From positions 992,001 through 1,056,000 of the forward strand of contig CAWFQK010000004.1 in assembly GCA_963817955.1 (NCBI GenBank): a DNA stretch of 64,000 nucleotides, in the 5' to 3' direction. Below, piece by piece: positions 1 through 8,542 of the stretch. The translations under genes were made by a program, and so were the position numbers. Below the pieces are notes generated by a model that did not search any database, was not told where the DNA came from, and saw nothing but the letters and a program-made list of their open reading frames with translations. This DNA is from an uncultured Gemmatimonadaceae bacterium. GTDB taxonomy: Bacteria; Gemmatimonadota; Gemmatimonadetes; Gemmatimonadales; Gemmatimonadaceae. Each line of letters opens with the position of its first letter. Position 1 is the first letter of the stretch.

Positions 1-1
1 T

Positions 2-1018
2 CGACGTATTGCAGAGCGTGATCACGCTGATGTTGCGGTCCGGAAACCGGACCAGCGAGCTGCGGTACCCGCCGTAGGCGCCGCCGTGTGAATACGTCTT
101 GAGCCCACGGTAGCGCCCGATCATGATACCGAGCGCATACGGCACGGGCTGCCCGTCATTCAATCGGCCTGGCGTCTCCATGGTCGCGATGCCGGACTTT
201 CCGCCGACCTTGCCGCTGCTGAAGTTCGCGTCCCATTTGGCGAGGTCGACGACGGTGGAATACGCACCGCCATCGCCGACGACGTCGAACTCCGGCTGAT
301 TGAGGTGATACGTCCCGCCGGTTGGTTGGTAGCCAAGTGCACGCTGCGGGATCAGCGTCGTATGGTCATCGCGGAACTCCGTGTGCGTCATGCCCAGCGG
401 CTTGAAAATGCGTTCCGCGGCGAACTCACGGAGCGAAGTTCCCGACGCGCGCTGCACGACGATGGCGAGCAGCGCGTACCCCGTATTGCTATACAGGAAC
501 TCGTCGCCAGGCACAAAATTGAGCGTCTTCTGGCGCGCGACGAGCGAAAGAAATTGTTGTTCCGTGAGTTGTCCGTCGCTCGGCCAACCCGAAACGCCGA
601 GCAGCGTGAAATAGTCGCGTAGGCCGCTGGTGTGATTCAGTAACTGGCGCAACGTGATCGTCCGACCGAAGGACGGGACTTCCGGCACCCACTTGCGAAC
701 GGAATCATCGAGCGACAGCCGTCGGTCCTGCGCCAGAAGCACGATGCTCATCGCCGTGAACTGCTTGGAGAGAGAGGCGATGTAGAAGCGCGTCTCCGGC
801 GTGATCGCCACGTCGTGCTCGAGATCCGCCACGCCGTAGCCCTTGGCGAACGTTAGTGAGCCGTTTCGCGACACGCCAACGGCACAGCCCGGTGCACGAG
901 CCACTGCGTAGGGGGCGAGAATCGTATCCACCCAGCGCGAGGCTGTGTCCGGTTGGGCGAGTTGGGCGCCCGCGGGCACAACTGACAGGAAAATGGCGAG
1001 CACAGCACGGCGTAGCAT
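2..1018 (-). CDS. Serine hydrolase, beta-lactamase/class C-like family, secreted (3' end runs off the window)
   Basis: Not in the ORF track because it is open at the edge. Manual translation from ATG 1018: MLRRAVLAIFLSVVPAGAQ...PGCAVGV...GYGVADLE...TRFYIASLSKQFTA (SxxK), FLYSNTGY (YxN), HGGAYGGY. Confidence 0.9.
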   Translation of the reverse strand, partial: MLRRAVLAIFLSVVPAGAQLAQPDTASRWVDTILAPYAVARAPGCAVGVSRNGSLTFAKGYGVADLEHDVAITPETRFYIASLSKQFTAMSIVLLAQDRRLSLDDSVRKWVPEVPSFGRTITLRQLLNHTSGLRDYFTLLGVSGWPSDGQLTEQQFLSLVARQKTLNFVPGDEFLYSNTGYALLAIVVQRASGTSLREFAAERIFKPLGMTHTEFRDDHTTLIPQRALGYQPTGGTYHLNQPEFDVVGDGGAYSTVVDLAKWDANFSSGKVGGKSGIATMETPGRLNDGQPVPYALGIMIGRYRGLKTYSHGGAYGGYRSSLVRFPDRNISVITLCNTS

Positions 1019-1310
1019 CGAGCCTCCTTTCAAAAACCCTTCCGCCAGAAATCAAACGTGTCCGGTCGTCAAACGGTTCACGCTGGCGCCCGATTTGCAC
1101 GCACCAGCGACGTTGAGGCGGCACCCTTCGGGATCACCCGCTGGAGACCTGCATGGCCGAAATTCGCGTCGAGCCAAAACGCCGAAGCACAGCGTGGCTC
1201 TGGATCCTGCTCGTGCTCATCGTGGCCGCGGCACTTGCCTACTATTTCTTCTATTATCGGAACGGCTGAACCAACATAAGGTTTCGACCGGCCGAGGGGT
1301 TGAAGCATTC

Positions 1311-1865
1311 ATGGACACCAACGATCGTGAATCGCGCGACGCCGCAGGCGTCGGCCCGTACGTACGCGCACGCGAGAAGCTGGTCCCTCTCAGCACGCTC
1401 GGTTCATGGAAAGTATCGGACGGTGAGCCGGATATCCGCGATTGGGAGGTGCGAACGGTAAGTAACCGCCAGCTCGGCACCGTCAAGGACCTGCTCATTG
1501 ACACGGACGCCGGCGACGTCGTCATGCTCGATGTCGATCTGCCGGAAGGCACGCAACATACCTACGTGCCGATTCGGGTGGTGCACATCGATCGCGAGCG
1601 CCGAGTCATTCTGATGGATTCTGCCGATCTCCCCGCTTCGGAGCTGCCACGCCAGGTATCGATCAATCGCACCGACCCGGCGGATGGTTCTCGCGTCGCA
1701 CGATACCCGAAGACCGATGATGAGGTCATCGTCGACCGGCCAACGATCGCTGATAACGCGCGCAGTTCCGATCACCCGGCGGACGACACGATCGGCGAGC
1801 TACCGCCCTCCGACCGGCGCCGGGCTGAACGGCGGCACATCGATCGGATGAGCACCGATCTGTGA
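1311..1865 (+). CDS. PRC-barrel domain protein
   Basis: Part of ORF 945..1865; ATG 1311 follows GAGGGG; DIRDWEVRT...LGTVKDLLID...YVPI is a PRC-barrel pattern. Confidence 0.75.
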   Translation: MDTNDRESRDAAGVGPYVRAREKLVPLSTLGSWKVSDGEPDIRDWEVRTVSNRQLGTVKDLLIDTDAGDVVMLDVDLPEGTQHTYVPIRVVHIDRERRVILMDSADLPASELPRQVSINRTDPADGSRVARYPKTDDEVIVDRPTIADNARSSDHPADDTIGELPPSDRRRAERRHIDRMSTDL

Positions 1866-1931
1866 TTGGCGTTACGTGCCGCCAAGGCGACGCGACAACC
1901 GTGTCGCACGTCACGTGAGTGGCAACGGCCA

Positions 1932-1961
1932 TTGACTGAATCGAGCCCCCGACTCTAGGTT
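1932..1961 (+). promoter_or_regulatory. Putative sigma70 promoter for the leader/tRNA-Asn transcript
   Basis: TTGACT (1932-1937), 18 bp, TAGGTT (1956-1961); ATG lies 8 nt after the -10 box. Confidence 0.55.
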
Positions 1962-1968
1962 GAATTTC

Positions 1969-2034
1969 ATGACGACACAGGCCAGTAACCGCCATCGCAC
2001 GAATAATCCGGACTCCTCGAGGAGCCCTGGCTAG
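1969..2034 (+). CDS. Putative leaderless attenuator leader peptide MTTQASNRHRTNNPDSSRSPG (21 aa)
   Basis: ATG at the predicted transcription start; Asn codons AAC, AAT, AAT; overlaps mutually exclusive hairpins upstream of a terminator. Confidence 0.5.
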   Translation: MTTQASNRHRTNNPDSSRSPG

Positions 2035-2060
2035 CGCGCGCGTTCGTCATCAACACACGC

Positions 2061-2092
2061 GGCCCGCCAGAGCATCGGCGGGCCTTTTTGTT
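2061..2092 (+). terminator. Intrinsic terminator (attenuator) upstream of tRNA-Asn
   Basis: GGCCCGCC-AGAGCATC-GGCGGGCC followed by TTTTTGTT. Confidence 0.8.
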
Positions 2093-2118
2093 GCTCGTGA
2101 CGTGGCAGGAACATTCGA

Positions 2119-2191
2119 TGGGGCGTAGGTCAATTGGCAGACCACCTGACTGTTAATCAGGATGTTCCAGGTTCGAATCCTGGCGCCCCAG
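2119..2191 (+). tRNA. tRNA-Asn (anticodon GTT), CCA not encoded
   Basis: Cloverleaf: acceptor TGGGGCG/CGCCCCA, D-stem GGTC/GACC, anticodon arm CCTGA-CT GTT AA-TCAGG, T arm CCAGG-TTCGAAT-CCTGG, discriminator G. Confidence 0.95.
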
Positions 2192-2284
2192 TGACGGGAG
2201 AAACAAAGGACCAACGTACACGATGTACAGTGGCCCTTCGTGCATTTCCCTATCATTGTCCGGCGTGCAGAACACACTCGGCCG

Positions 2285-2512
2285 CTATACCGATTTGAGT
2301 TCGCCCTCGAGGTAGCCGAGCACCGCAAACGTGAGCGGGATCAGCGCAAGCACCACGATGGCCGACGCGAGGATCCATCGCTGATGCAAGCGTCCGCCAA
2401 GGCCGGGGAGCACGGTTCCAACGAGCAACGCCACCCCGACGAGGGTGGCGTCAAGAAATAGCCCGAGGATCACGCCCGAAATCGTGCTCCAGAACAGGAT
2501 GGAGAGGCGCAC
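2285..2512 (-). CDS. Small membrane protein (2 predicted TM helices)
   Basis: 75-aa hydrophobic ORF starting 12 nt after the L,D-transpeptidase stop on the same strand. Confidence 0.6.
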   Translation of the reverse strand: MRLSILFWSTISGVILGLFLDATLVGVALLVGTVLPGLGGRLHQRWILASAIVVLALIPLTFAVLGYLEGELKSV

Positions 2513-2523
2513 GAGCGAACCGG

Positions 2524-3069
2524 TTACGGCTTGATCTGAATCGGCGCGCCGTTCGGGACCATGCGCCAGATTTCCTCAATCTCGGCGTCGGTGACGGCAA
2601 TGCAGCCCTCGGTCCAGTCGAACTCGCGGTGTGCGGCACCAAGGTCAGCGTAAGCAGGCGGCAGACCATGGATCATGATGTCACCGCCCGGCGCGAACCC
2701 CAACGCGTGGGCGCGCCGCTGGTGCGGCACGTCCGGATACGAGATGTGCAGCGACATATGATACTTGCTCGCCGCGTTGCGCGAGTCGATGTGAAACAGG
2801 CCTTCCGGCGTGCGTCCATCACCAATGCGGATCTTGTCGCCCTTTGGCTCTTTGCCAAGTGCCACCTGGAACGTGCGGACGGGCACACCAAGCTGATACA
2901 GCGTGAGCGTGTGTTTCTCTTTCTCAACGACGATGCTGTCGGCAATGATCCTGCCCTTGATTCCCACCACCGGAGTTCGGCGAATGGTCGGCGAGACTCC
3001 TGGCGCGAGCATCTTCGCGGAATCGCCCGAGGCGACGAGCAGCAAGGCGCTGAACAGCGGTAGCAGCAT
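2524..3069 (-). CDS. L,D-transpeptidase family protein (YkuD domain)
   Basis: Signal peptide; GDGRTPEG, IMIHG...WTEGCIA catalytic His/Cys motif. Confidence 0.88.
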   Translation of the reverse strand: MLLPLFSALLLVASGDSAKMLAPGVSPTIRRTPVVGIKGRIIADSIVVEKEKHTLTLYQLGVPVRTFQVALGKEPKGDKIRIGDGRTPEGLFHIDSRNAASKYHMSLHISYPDVPHQRRAHALGFAPGGDIMIHGLPPAYADLGAAHREFDWTEGCIAVTDAEIEEIWRMVPNGAPIQIKP

Positions 3070-3219
3070 GTTGAGAGAATTCAGGACGACGCTGGGGACT
3101 TGGCCCGGGAGGGACGTGCGTGACGCGTGTCACTAAATCGACGCTCAATGTACTGCCCGCGTCACGACGGGATCCAGCGAAGCTGCACAAACCGGCCAGC
3201 GGACCCAGCAGTCTGTAGG

Positions 3220-3771
3220 CTATGGCACCGCCAACCGATCAAAATACGCCTTTCGGATTTTCGCAACTTTTGGTGCGATGACGATCTGGCAGTAAGGCTG
3301 CTCCTGGTTCTGGCCATAATAGTTCTGATGGTACCGCTCGCCGGGATAGAACGTGGTCATCGGCGCGAGCTGTGTAACGATCGGACTATCCCAGACCTTG
3401 TTGCGGTTGAGCTCGTCGATCATTTGCCTGGCCACCTCGAGCTGCTCAGGCGAATGGTAGAAGATGGCCGAGCGATACTGCGTGCCGACATCGGACCCCT
3501 GCCGATCGCGTGTCGTAGGGTCATGCGCGGTGAAGAAGACGCCGAGCAGATCTCGGAACGAGATCACGGACGGATCGAAGGTGACCTGCACGACTTCAGC
3601 ATGGCCCGTCACACCGGCGCAGACGTCGCTGTACGTCGGGTCGAGATACTGACCGCCCGCGTAACCCGACTCGACCTGCTCCACGCCGCGCAACATGCGG
3701 AAGACCGCATCGAGACACCAGAAACAGCCGCCGCCGAGTGTGGCAACCTCGGTGTTCTTCTTCTCGTTCAT
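3220..3771 (-). CDS. msrA: Peptide-methionine (S)-S-oxide reductase
   Basis: GGGCFWC, TGHAEVVQV, HDPTT..RQGSDVGTQYRS, YHQNYY motifs. Confidence 0.97.
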   Translation of the reverse strand: MNEKKNTEVATLGGGCFWCLDAVFRMLRGVEQVESGYAGGQYLDPTYSDVCAGVTGHAEVVQVTFDPSVISFRDLLGVFFTAHDPTTRDRQGSDVGTQYRSAIFYHSPEQLEVARQMIDELNRNKVWDSPIVTQLAPMTTFYPGERYHQNYYGQNQEQPYCQIVIAPKVAKIRKAYFDRLAVP

Positions 3772-3794
3772 TCACGACCTCCCTACGCTCTCAC

Positions 3795-4658
3795 TTACGC
3801 AGCCATCCCATCCTTGAGCACGTCTGCCGTATCGCTCTCGCGCAGGCGCTTGAGGGCGCGATCGCGGAGTTGTCGCACACGTTCGCGCGTCACATTCAGT
3901 TCACGCGCGATCTCCTGAAGCGTCATCGGGCGATTGCCCTCGAGGCCGAAGTACAGCGTCAGCACGAGGCGATCGCGCGGTGACAGCACCTCGAGGGCGC
4001 GGGCGATGGCCTCACGCCGCGAGTCGGTCTCAATGCCGCCAGGCAACGCGTCGTCTTCCTCGTTCCGATCGAGCACCAGCGTCTCACCGAGGGTCCGCCC
4101 CCGGTCCGCCGACGCGGGCTCGTCGAGCGAACGCACGGGTTGCAGCAGCGCGACCAGGCCGCGCGTCACATCGATCGATAGGTTGGCCACGCTGGCGATC
4201 TCCTCCTCGTACGGCTCGCGCGACAGCTTCTGGCGAAGCACTTCCTGTGCTCGTGACACGCGGGAGAGGTCGGCGGCGCGGTTGAGCGGAACTTGTACGG
4301 TACGACTTTGTCGCTGAACGGCAGAGTGCAGCGCCTGACGGATCCACCAGACCGCATAACTGATGAAGTTGACTCCCACGTCAGGATCGTACTTGTCCGC
4401 GGCGCGCACGAGACCAGCGTTCGCCTCGCTGACCAAATCGCCGAGCGGTACCCCGCGATTCTGGTACTGCTTGGCCACAGAGAAGGCGAACCGAAGATTC
4501 GCGCGGATCAGCTCGGATCGCGCGCGCTCACGAATCTCGTCCGTCCTGGCGCGGCGCATGTCGCGCGCCAGTTCCTTCTGCGCCTGGGCGGTCAGCACCG
4601 GTTCGCCGCGCAGTTCCTCGATGTAGAGGTCCAACAGGTCGCGATCGTCGTTCGTCAT
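3795..4658 (-). CDS. RNA polymerase sigma-70 family factor (RpoD/RpoS-like, lacking region 1.1)
   Basis: LDLYIEEL (1.2), LIRANLRF..SVAKQY, FISYAVWWIRQ (region 2), TLQEIARELNVTRERVRQ (region 4 HTH). Start is ATG 4658 or 4664. Confidence 0.93.
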   Translation of the reverse strand: MTNDDRDLLDLYIEELRGEPVLTAQAQKELARDMRRARTDEIRERARSELIRANLRFAFSVAKQYQNRGVPLGDLVSEANAGLVRAADKYDPDVGVNFISYAVWWIRQALHSAVQRQSRTVQVPLNRAADLSRVSRAQEVLRQKLSREPYEEEIASVANLSIDVTRGLVALLQPVRSLDEPASADRGRTLGETLVLDRNEEDDALPGGIETDSRREAIARALEVLSPRDRLVLTLYFGLEGNRPMTLQEIARELNVTRERVRQLRDRALKRLRESDTADVLKDGMAA

Positions 4659-4947
4659 GTACATCGCTCGCCCCCGGCACCAAACGGCGCCGCAGTTGAT
4701 CCATATATTGATCGAGCACTGCCGGACGCGTCCGGTAGTACACGAATTGTCCGTCGCGCCGTGACTCCACGAGACCGGCGCTTGCCAACTCCTTCAGATG
4801 GTGCGAAATAGTCGCCTGCCTGACCGGAAAACACCCGCACAAACGCTGACAACCCATTTCCGATTGCCTGGCAATGTGCTCGAGAATCTCAAAGCGGCGC
4901 GGGTCGGCCAGCGCTTTCGCGATTCGTTGGAACTGCTCGACATCCAC
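4528..4947 (-). CDS. ArsR/SmtB family regulator (C-terminus probably over-extended by a 1-nt indel; natural end about 4655)
   Basis: KALADPRRFEILEHI...QATISHHLKELASAGLVESRRDGQFVYY winged HTH; GTG start at 4947. Confidence 0.85.
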   Translation of the reverse strand: MDVEQFQRIAKALADPRRFEILEHIARQSEMGCQRLCGCFPVRQATISHHLKELASAGLVESRRDGQFVYYRTRPAVLDQYMDQLRRRLVPGASDVHDERRSRPVGPLHRGTARRTGADRPGAEGTGARHAPRQDGRDS

Positions 4948-4972
4948 GGCGGTTCCACCCCACGATAGTGTG

Positions 4973-4996
4973 ATACATAGATAATCATCTAAGTGT
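4973..4996. promoter_or_regulatory. Imperfect inverted repeat, likely ArsR-type operator
   Basis: ATACATAGAT-AATC-ATCTAAGTGT (8/10 arm match), AT-rich, between the divergent arsR and aminotransferase genes. Confidence 0.55.
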
Positions 4997-5035
4997 ACCA
5001 TGCAAGCCGCCGCGCGGTTCCATTGTCTAGCTTTC

Positions 5036-6268
5036 ATGACCATGTTGACCACACCCGATTCCACCGCACCTCAGACGCTCCGCTCGGCCCGCTTGGTCCC
5101 AACGCGCCGCCTGACTGATTTGCCGACCTACGTGTTCGCCTGGCTCGACGAAATCAAGGCCGACGCCCGTGCACGCGGAATTGACCTACTCGATTTGGGA
5201 ATGGGGAACCCGGATCAGCCGACGCCGACGCCGATCGTCGACGTCATCACTGCGGCATACACCGATCCGCGCACGCATGGGTACCCCCCGTTCCGCGGGA
5301 CCGAGGAGTTTCGCCGCGCCGCCGCGTCGTTCATGCAACGCCGCTTCGGGGTGCATGTCGACGCAGACCACGAAGTGCTCTGCCTGAGTGGCGCAAAGGA
5401 AGGCATTGCGCACGCCACCATTGCCTTCGCGGACGAATCGACGATCTCGCTCGTGCCCAGCATCTACTATCCGGTGCACGGCCGCGCGACCGGACTCGTC
5501 GGCGGACGCACACACCTCATGCCGCTCATCGCCGAGCATGGGTTTCTGCCCGACTTCAACGCCATTCCGGCCGAAATACTCAGCGAGGCTCGGTTGATGG
5601 CGCTCAACTACCCGCACAACCCAACGGGCACGGTGGCGCCAATCGGGCTATTCGAGCAGGCGGTCACGCTCTGCCGCAAGCATGGCATCCTGCTCATCTC
5701 CGATCTCGCCTACAGCGAGCTGACGTTCGACGGACGCGTGGCACCCAGCGCCCTGCAGGTACCTGGTGCGAAAGACGTGACGATCGAGTTTCATTCCTTC
5801 TCCAAGACGTTCAACATGGCCGGGTCCCGCATCGGATTTGCCGTGGGCGGACGGGACTTGATCGACGCGCTGCTCGCGGTCCGAACGAACATGGGGTATG
5901 GCACGCCGGCCGCGGTGCAGGCCGGTGCCGCGTTCGCGCTCGATCACGTCGAGGAGTTGGAAAAGCCGGTGGTCGCGCGGTATCGCGAGCGCCGTGACGC
6001 GATCCTCGAAGGATTCCGCACGCTGGGATGGTGCTCGGAGGCGCCACACGGAACGATGTTCGTCTGGCTGCCGATTCCCGCCGGGTTCGCCGCACAGGAG
6101 TGGACCAAGCATCTCATCGACCGAGCGGGTGTCGTCGTCACACCCGGCAATGCTTTTGGTCCTGGAGGCGACAACTTCTTCCGTGTCTCATTGATTGCCG
6201 ATCCGCCAGTGCTCGCCCGCGCCATCGATCGACTCCGCGCCGCCGGGATTTGCTACGCGGGCGCGTAA
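5036..6268 (+). CDS. PLP-dependent aminotransferase class I/II (LL-DAP aminotransferase/AlaC-like)
   Basis: LGMGNPDQP, GAKEGI, NYPHNPTG, DLAY, SFSKTFNMAGSRIGF (PLP lysine). Confidence 0.9.
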   Translation: MTMLTTPDSTAPQTLRSARLVPTRRLTDLPTYVFAWLDEIKADARARGIDLLDLGMGNPDQPTPTPIVDVITAAYTDPRTHGYPPFRGTEEFRRAAASFMQRRFGVHVDADHEVLCLSGAKEGIAHATIAFADESTISLVPSIYYPVHGRATGLVGGRTHLMPLIAEHGFLPDFNAIPAEILSEARLMALNYPHNPTGTVAPIGLFEQAVTLCRKHGILLISDLAYSELTFDGRVAPSALQVPGAKDVTIEFHSFSKTFNMAGSRIGFAVGGRDLIDALLAVRTNMGYGTPAAVQAGAAFALDHVEELEKPVVARYRERRDAILEGFRTLGWCSEAPHGTMFVWLPIPAGFAAQEWTKHLIDRAGVVVTPGNAFGPGGDNFFRVSLIADPPVLARAIDRLRAAGICYAGA

Positions 6269-6326
6269 AGCGGCCCCGCGACCATGGCTCGACACGTGCA
6301 CCGCTGGCACGCATCGGAGGAATCAC

Positions 6327-6584
6327 ATGGCGAATGACGCAAAGGAGCGGGACGACCGGATCGAACCCGAAGGCCAGAACAACTCCCCGCAAGCGGACGG
6401 GGAAAGCGCGGTCCGGACCGCGGCGCAGGACACGCCTGCGATGAGCGAACCGCGCGATCCGGCCGCGGACGTTCCGGTACCGATCGCGATGTCCGCGGCG
6501 GAAATCGACGAGCGCGCGCAGGTGGTGGAGGCATTGCGAGATGCGTCGCCCGCTGCCGACGGCGAACCGCGCGCCAACGCATAG
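6327..6584 (+). CDS. Small acidic, probably disordered hypothetical protein
   Basis: Strong RBS GGAGG before ATG 6327; MANDAKERDD...; GC hairpin downstream. Confidence 0.55.
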   Translation: MANDAKERDDRIEPEGQNNSPQADGESAVRTAAQDTPAMSEPRDPAADVPVPIAMSAAEIDERAQVVEALRDASPAADGEPRANA

Positions 6585-6717
6585 TCCCATCCCGGCCGGG
6601 GTCACGCGGCGCCGGCCGGGTGACCCCGATTGACCCAGCACGCGGCAGCCTCAACCGGTGAATCACCGGGCAACGGTTAAACGGTGGCCGGTAACGCCGG
6701 TAACGTTTGACGTGTGC

Positions 6718-6906
6718 TCAGTACCTGCCTCGCCACTCCGCCGTCGCTTCGGGTACTAAACGCGCGCCCCATTGGCCGACTTCGAGAATGTAGTAGTCGC
6801 GGCGTAACGGATCGCGCGGATCGATCACTTCGTAGTTGGTGGGTTGCGGCTCGACCTTCACGGTCACGCCATTGCACTCCCCACCGACGCACTTGACCTG
6901 AATCAT
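6718..6906 (-). CDS. Small hypothetical protein (62 aa)
   Basis: MIQVKCVGGECNG...; protein-like composition; GAGGG upstream; follows 6931..7428. Confidence 0.5.
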   Translation of the reverse strand: MIQVKCVGGECNGVTVKVEPQPTNYEVIDPRDPLRRDYYILEVGQWGARLVPEATAEWRGRY

Positions 6907-6930
6907 GATCCAGCCCTCGTGAGCGAGCGT

Positions 6931-7428
6931 TCAGCTCGCCTGTTGAACGGCGGAACGTGATCCGCCAGTGAGAAAGCGCGGCCCACTGGAGCAGGCGCGT
7001 TCCACGGTTTCGGCAATGCTCTCCGGCAGACGTACCGCGCCACGGGCATGAGCCTCGAGCACGAGCCGGAGCGCACGATGCTGTCGGTCGTACGCCGAAA
7101 GGAGTTGCGCGCCGCCATCGGGCGACGACAACACGCCGTGGACGAGACGTTGGAGCGACGCCTGCTCGGACACATCCGACGATCCCGCCACGCACACTTC
7201 CAGGTTCCAGGCCGCGCGGTGGCCATCACATAGTCCCGCCCGCGCTGCGCGAGGCGCTTCCTGGGTGCACGCATCGCAGAGCGCGATCTCGCGCAGCAAG
7301 TCAGCACTCGGAACGAAGGACATTGGTTCTTCCTCAAGTACCTGTCTCAAGTCCCTCACCAATTCGATATCGCGAGTTGTTGCGCAAACCAGCTGGAGGC
7401 GACGGCGCGCGTTGGGTTCGATGCTCAT
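6931..7428 (-). CDS. Hypothetical protein with CxxC...CxxH possible Zn site
   Basis: 165-aa ORF containing LCDAC...LCDGH. Confidence 0.55.
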   Translation of the reverse strand: MSIEPNARRRLQLVCATTRDIELVRDLRQVLEEEPMSFVPSADLLREIALCDACTQEAPRAARAGLCDGHRAAWNLEVCVAGSSDVSEQASLQRLVHGVLSSPDGGAQLLSAYDRQHRALRLVLEAHARGAVRLPESIAETVERACSSGPRFLTGGSRSAVQQAS

Positions 7429-7631
7429 GGCATTCTGCTAGCGTCATTCGGCCGCGCCGCACGCGCAGACCGTGGGACGGCCGGGCTCCGGGTGCCCGGG
7501 TCCGTCACCACGGTCGCACGCTCTCTGCGTTGCCGAGTTAGTCGCAAGTTGTTACTCATCCACTCGACGTCCGTCAGAGGGATATGCGAAGGTGATGCGG
7601 TACCGCTCGCACCGGCGCTCGCTTCCAGATC

Positions 7632-8534
7632 ATGACTACGTCGCACCTGACCGTTCCCAACGCACTCGAGACGCTGGACCGCCACTGGGCGGTGAAGGTC
7701 GTCTCGAACGAGGATCGCAGCGCCGCCATCCGGTACGGCATGGGGGTGCTCGCGCGGCTGTGCAGCGGTGAGATCATCGACAACGTCCAGCCACCGCCCG
7801 AATTCGTCGTCCCACTCGCCGGCGCGTACGTCATCGCAGCGAGTGAGTGGCTCGACTTCGAGGGAGCAGCATCTCCGGCGATGCTGCTGTCCGCTGAACA
7901 AGACGCCCAGCGCACCGCACATATCGAGGCCGGATCCGACCGCGCCTTTATCCTCACCGCGGTGCTCCCCGTCGAACCCGACGAGCGTGTGGCGGGGCTG
8001 TATCGCGCCCTGCTGCTTGCGGGCCTCGCGCAGCTCGGACATAAGCAGACCGAGTTCCGCCACTGGCTGCGCGTGCATCAGGGTATCCTCTTTCCCGCAG
8101 ACGAAAGCGAAACGCCCTGGGATCTCGCGCTCCTGCGCCGCGTCGTCGAGCTGTGGATACACGTGCTCCGCGGAGCCGGACCGTCGGGGCTTGAGCACGC
8201 CATGGAGCTCGTCGCGTCGATTCGGGAAGATCGCTCGGTCCGCGAGTTCGAGTTCTTCGCCACCGTCGGTCCTGCGGACGAAACGCGCATGCGTTTCTTC
8301 ATGTTCACGCTCTTCCATCTGACTGAAGCGGCGACCGAACTGTTGCTCTTCCGCCTGCATGGTGAGCCGGAGCGCGTCGAGTCGCATCTCTACAGCCACT
8401 TCACGCTTGCACGCGATGCCGCTGGCGGTGATCCGCGCCGCGACGCCAGCTTCGATTGGCTGTATGAGGCGTCGCGCCGCGTCATCAGACAACGGACCGC
8501 GCAACTCGAGCTGATGCCCGAGAGCAGTCGTTAA
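7632..8534 (+). CDS. Hypothetical all-helical protein (300 aa)
   Basis: Long ORF with normal codon pattern; resembles, from memory, the N-terminal region of large Ski2/DEAD-box helicases. Confidence 0.75.
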   Translation: MTTSHLTVPNALETLDRHWAVKVVSNEDRSAAIRYGMGVLARLCSGEIIDNVQPPPEFVVPLAGAYVIAASEWLDFEGAASPAMLLSAEQDAQRTAHIEAGSDRAFILTAVLPVEPDERVAGLYRALLLAGLAQLGHKQTEFRHWLRVHQGILFPADESETPWDLALLRRVVELWIHVLRGAGPSGLEHAMELVASIREDRSVREFEFFATVGPADETRMRFFMFTLFHLTEAATELLLFRLHGEPERVESHLYSHFTLARDAAGGDPRRDASFDWLYEASRRVIRQRTAQLELMPESSR

Positions 8535-8542
8535 GCGTTCTC

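Noticed and set aside
945..1310. N-terminal extension of the PRC-barrel ORF
   Set aside because: It overlaps the start of the divergent serine hydrolase; there is a better RBS and ATG at 1311.
2119..2300. Island or prophage integrated at the tRNA
   Set aside because: No integrase, and I saw no duplicate of the tRNA 3' end in the window.
6590..6630. GC hairpin after the 85-aa ORF as an intrinsic terminator
   Set aside because: The GGGGTCAC...GTGACCCC stem is present but there is no U-tract on either strand.
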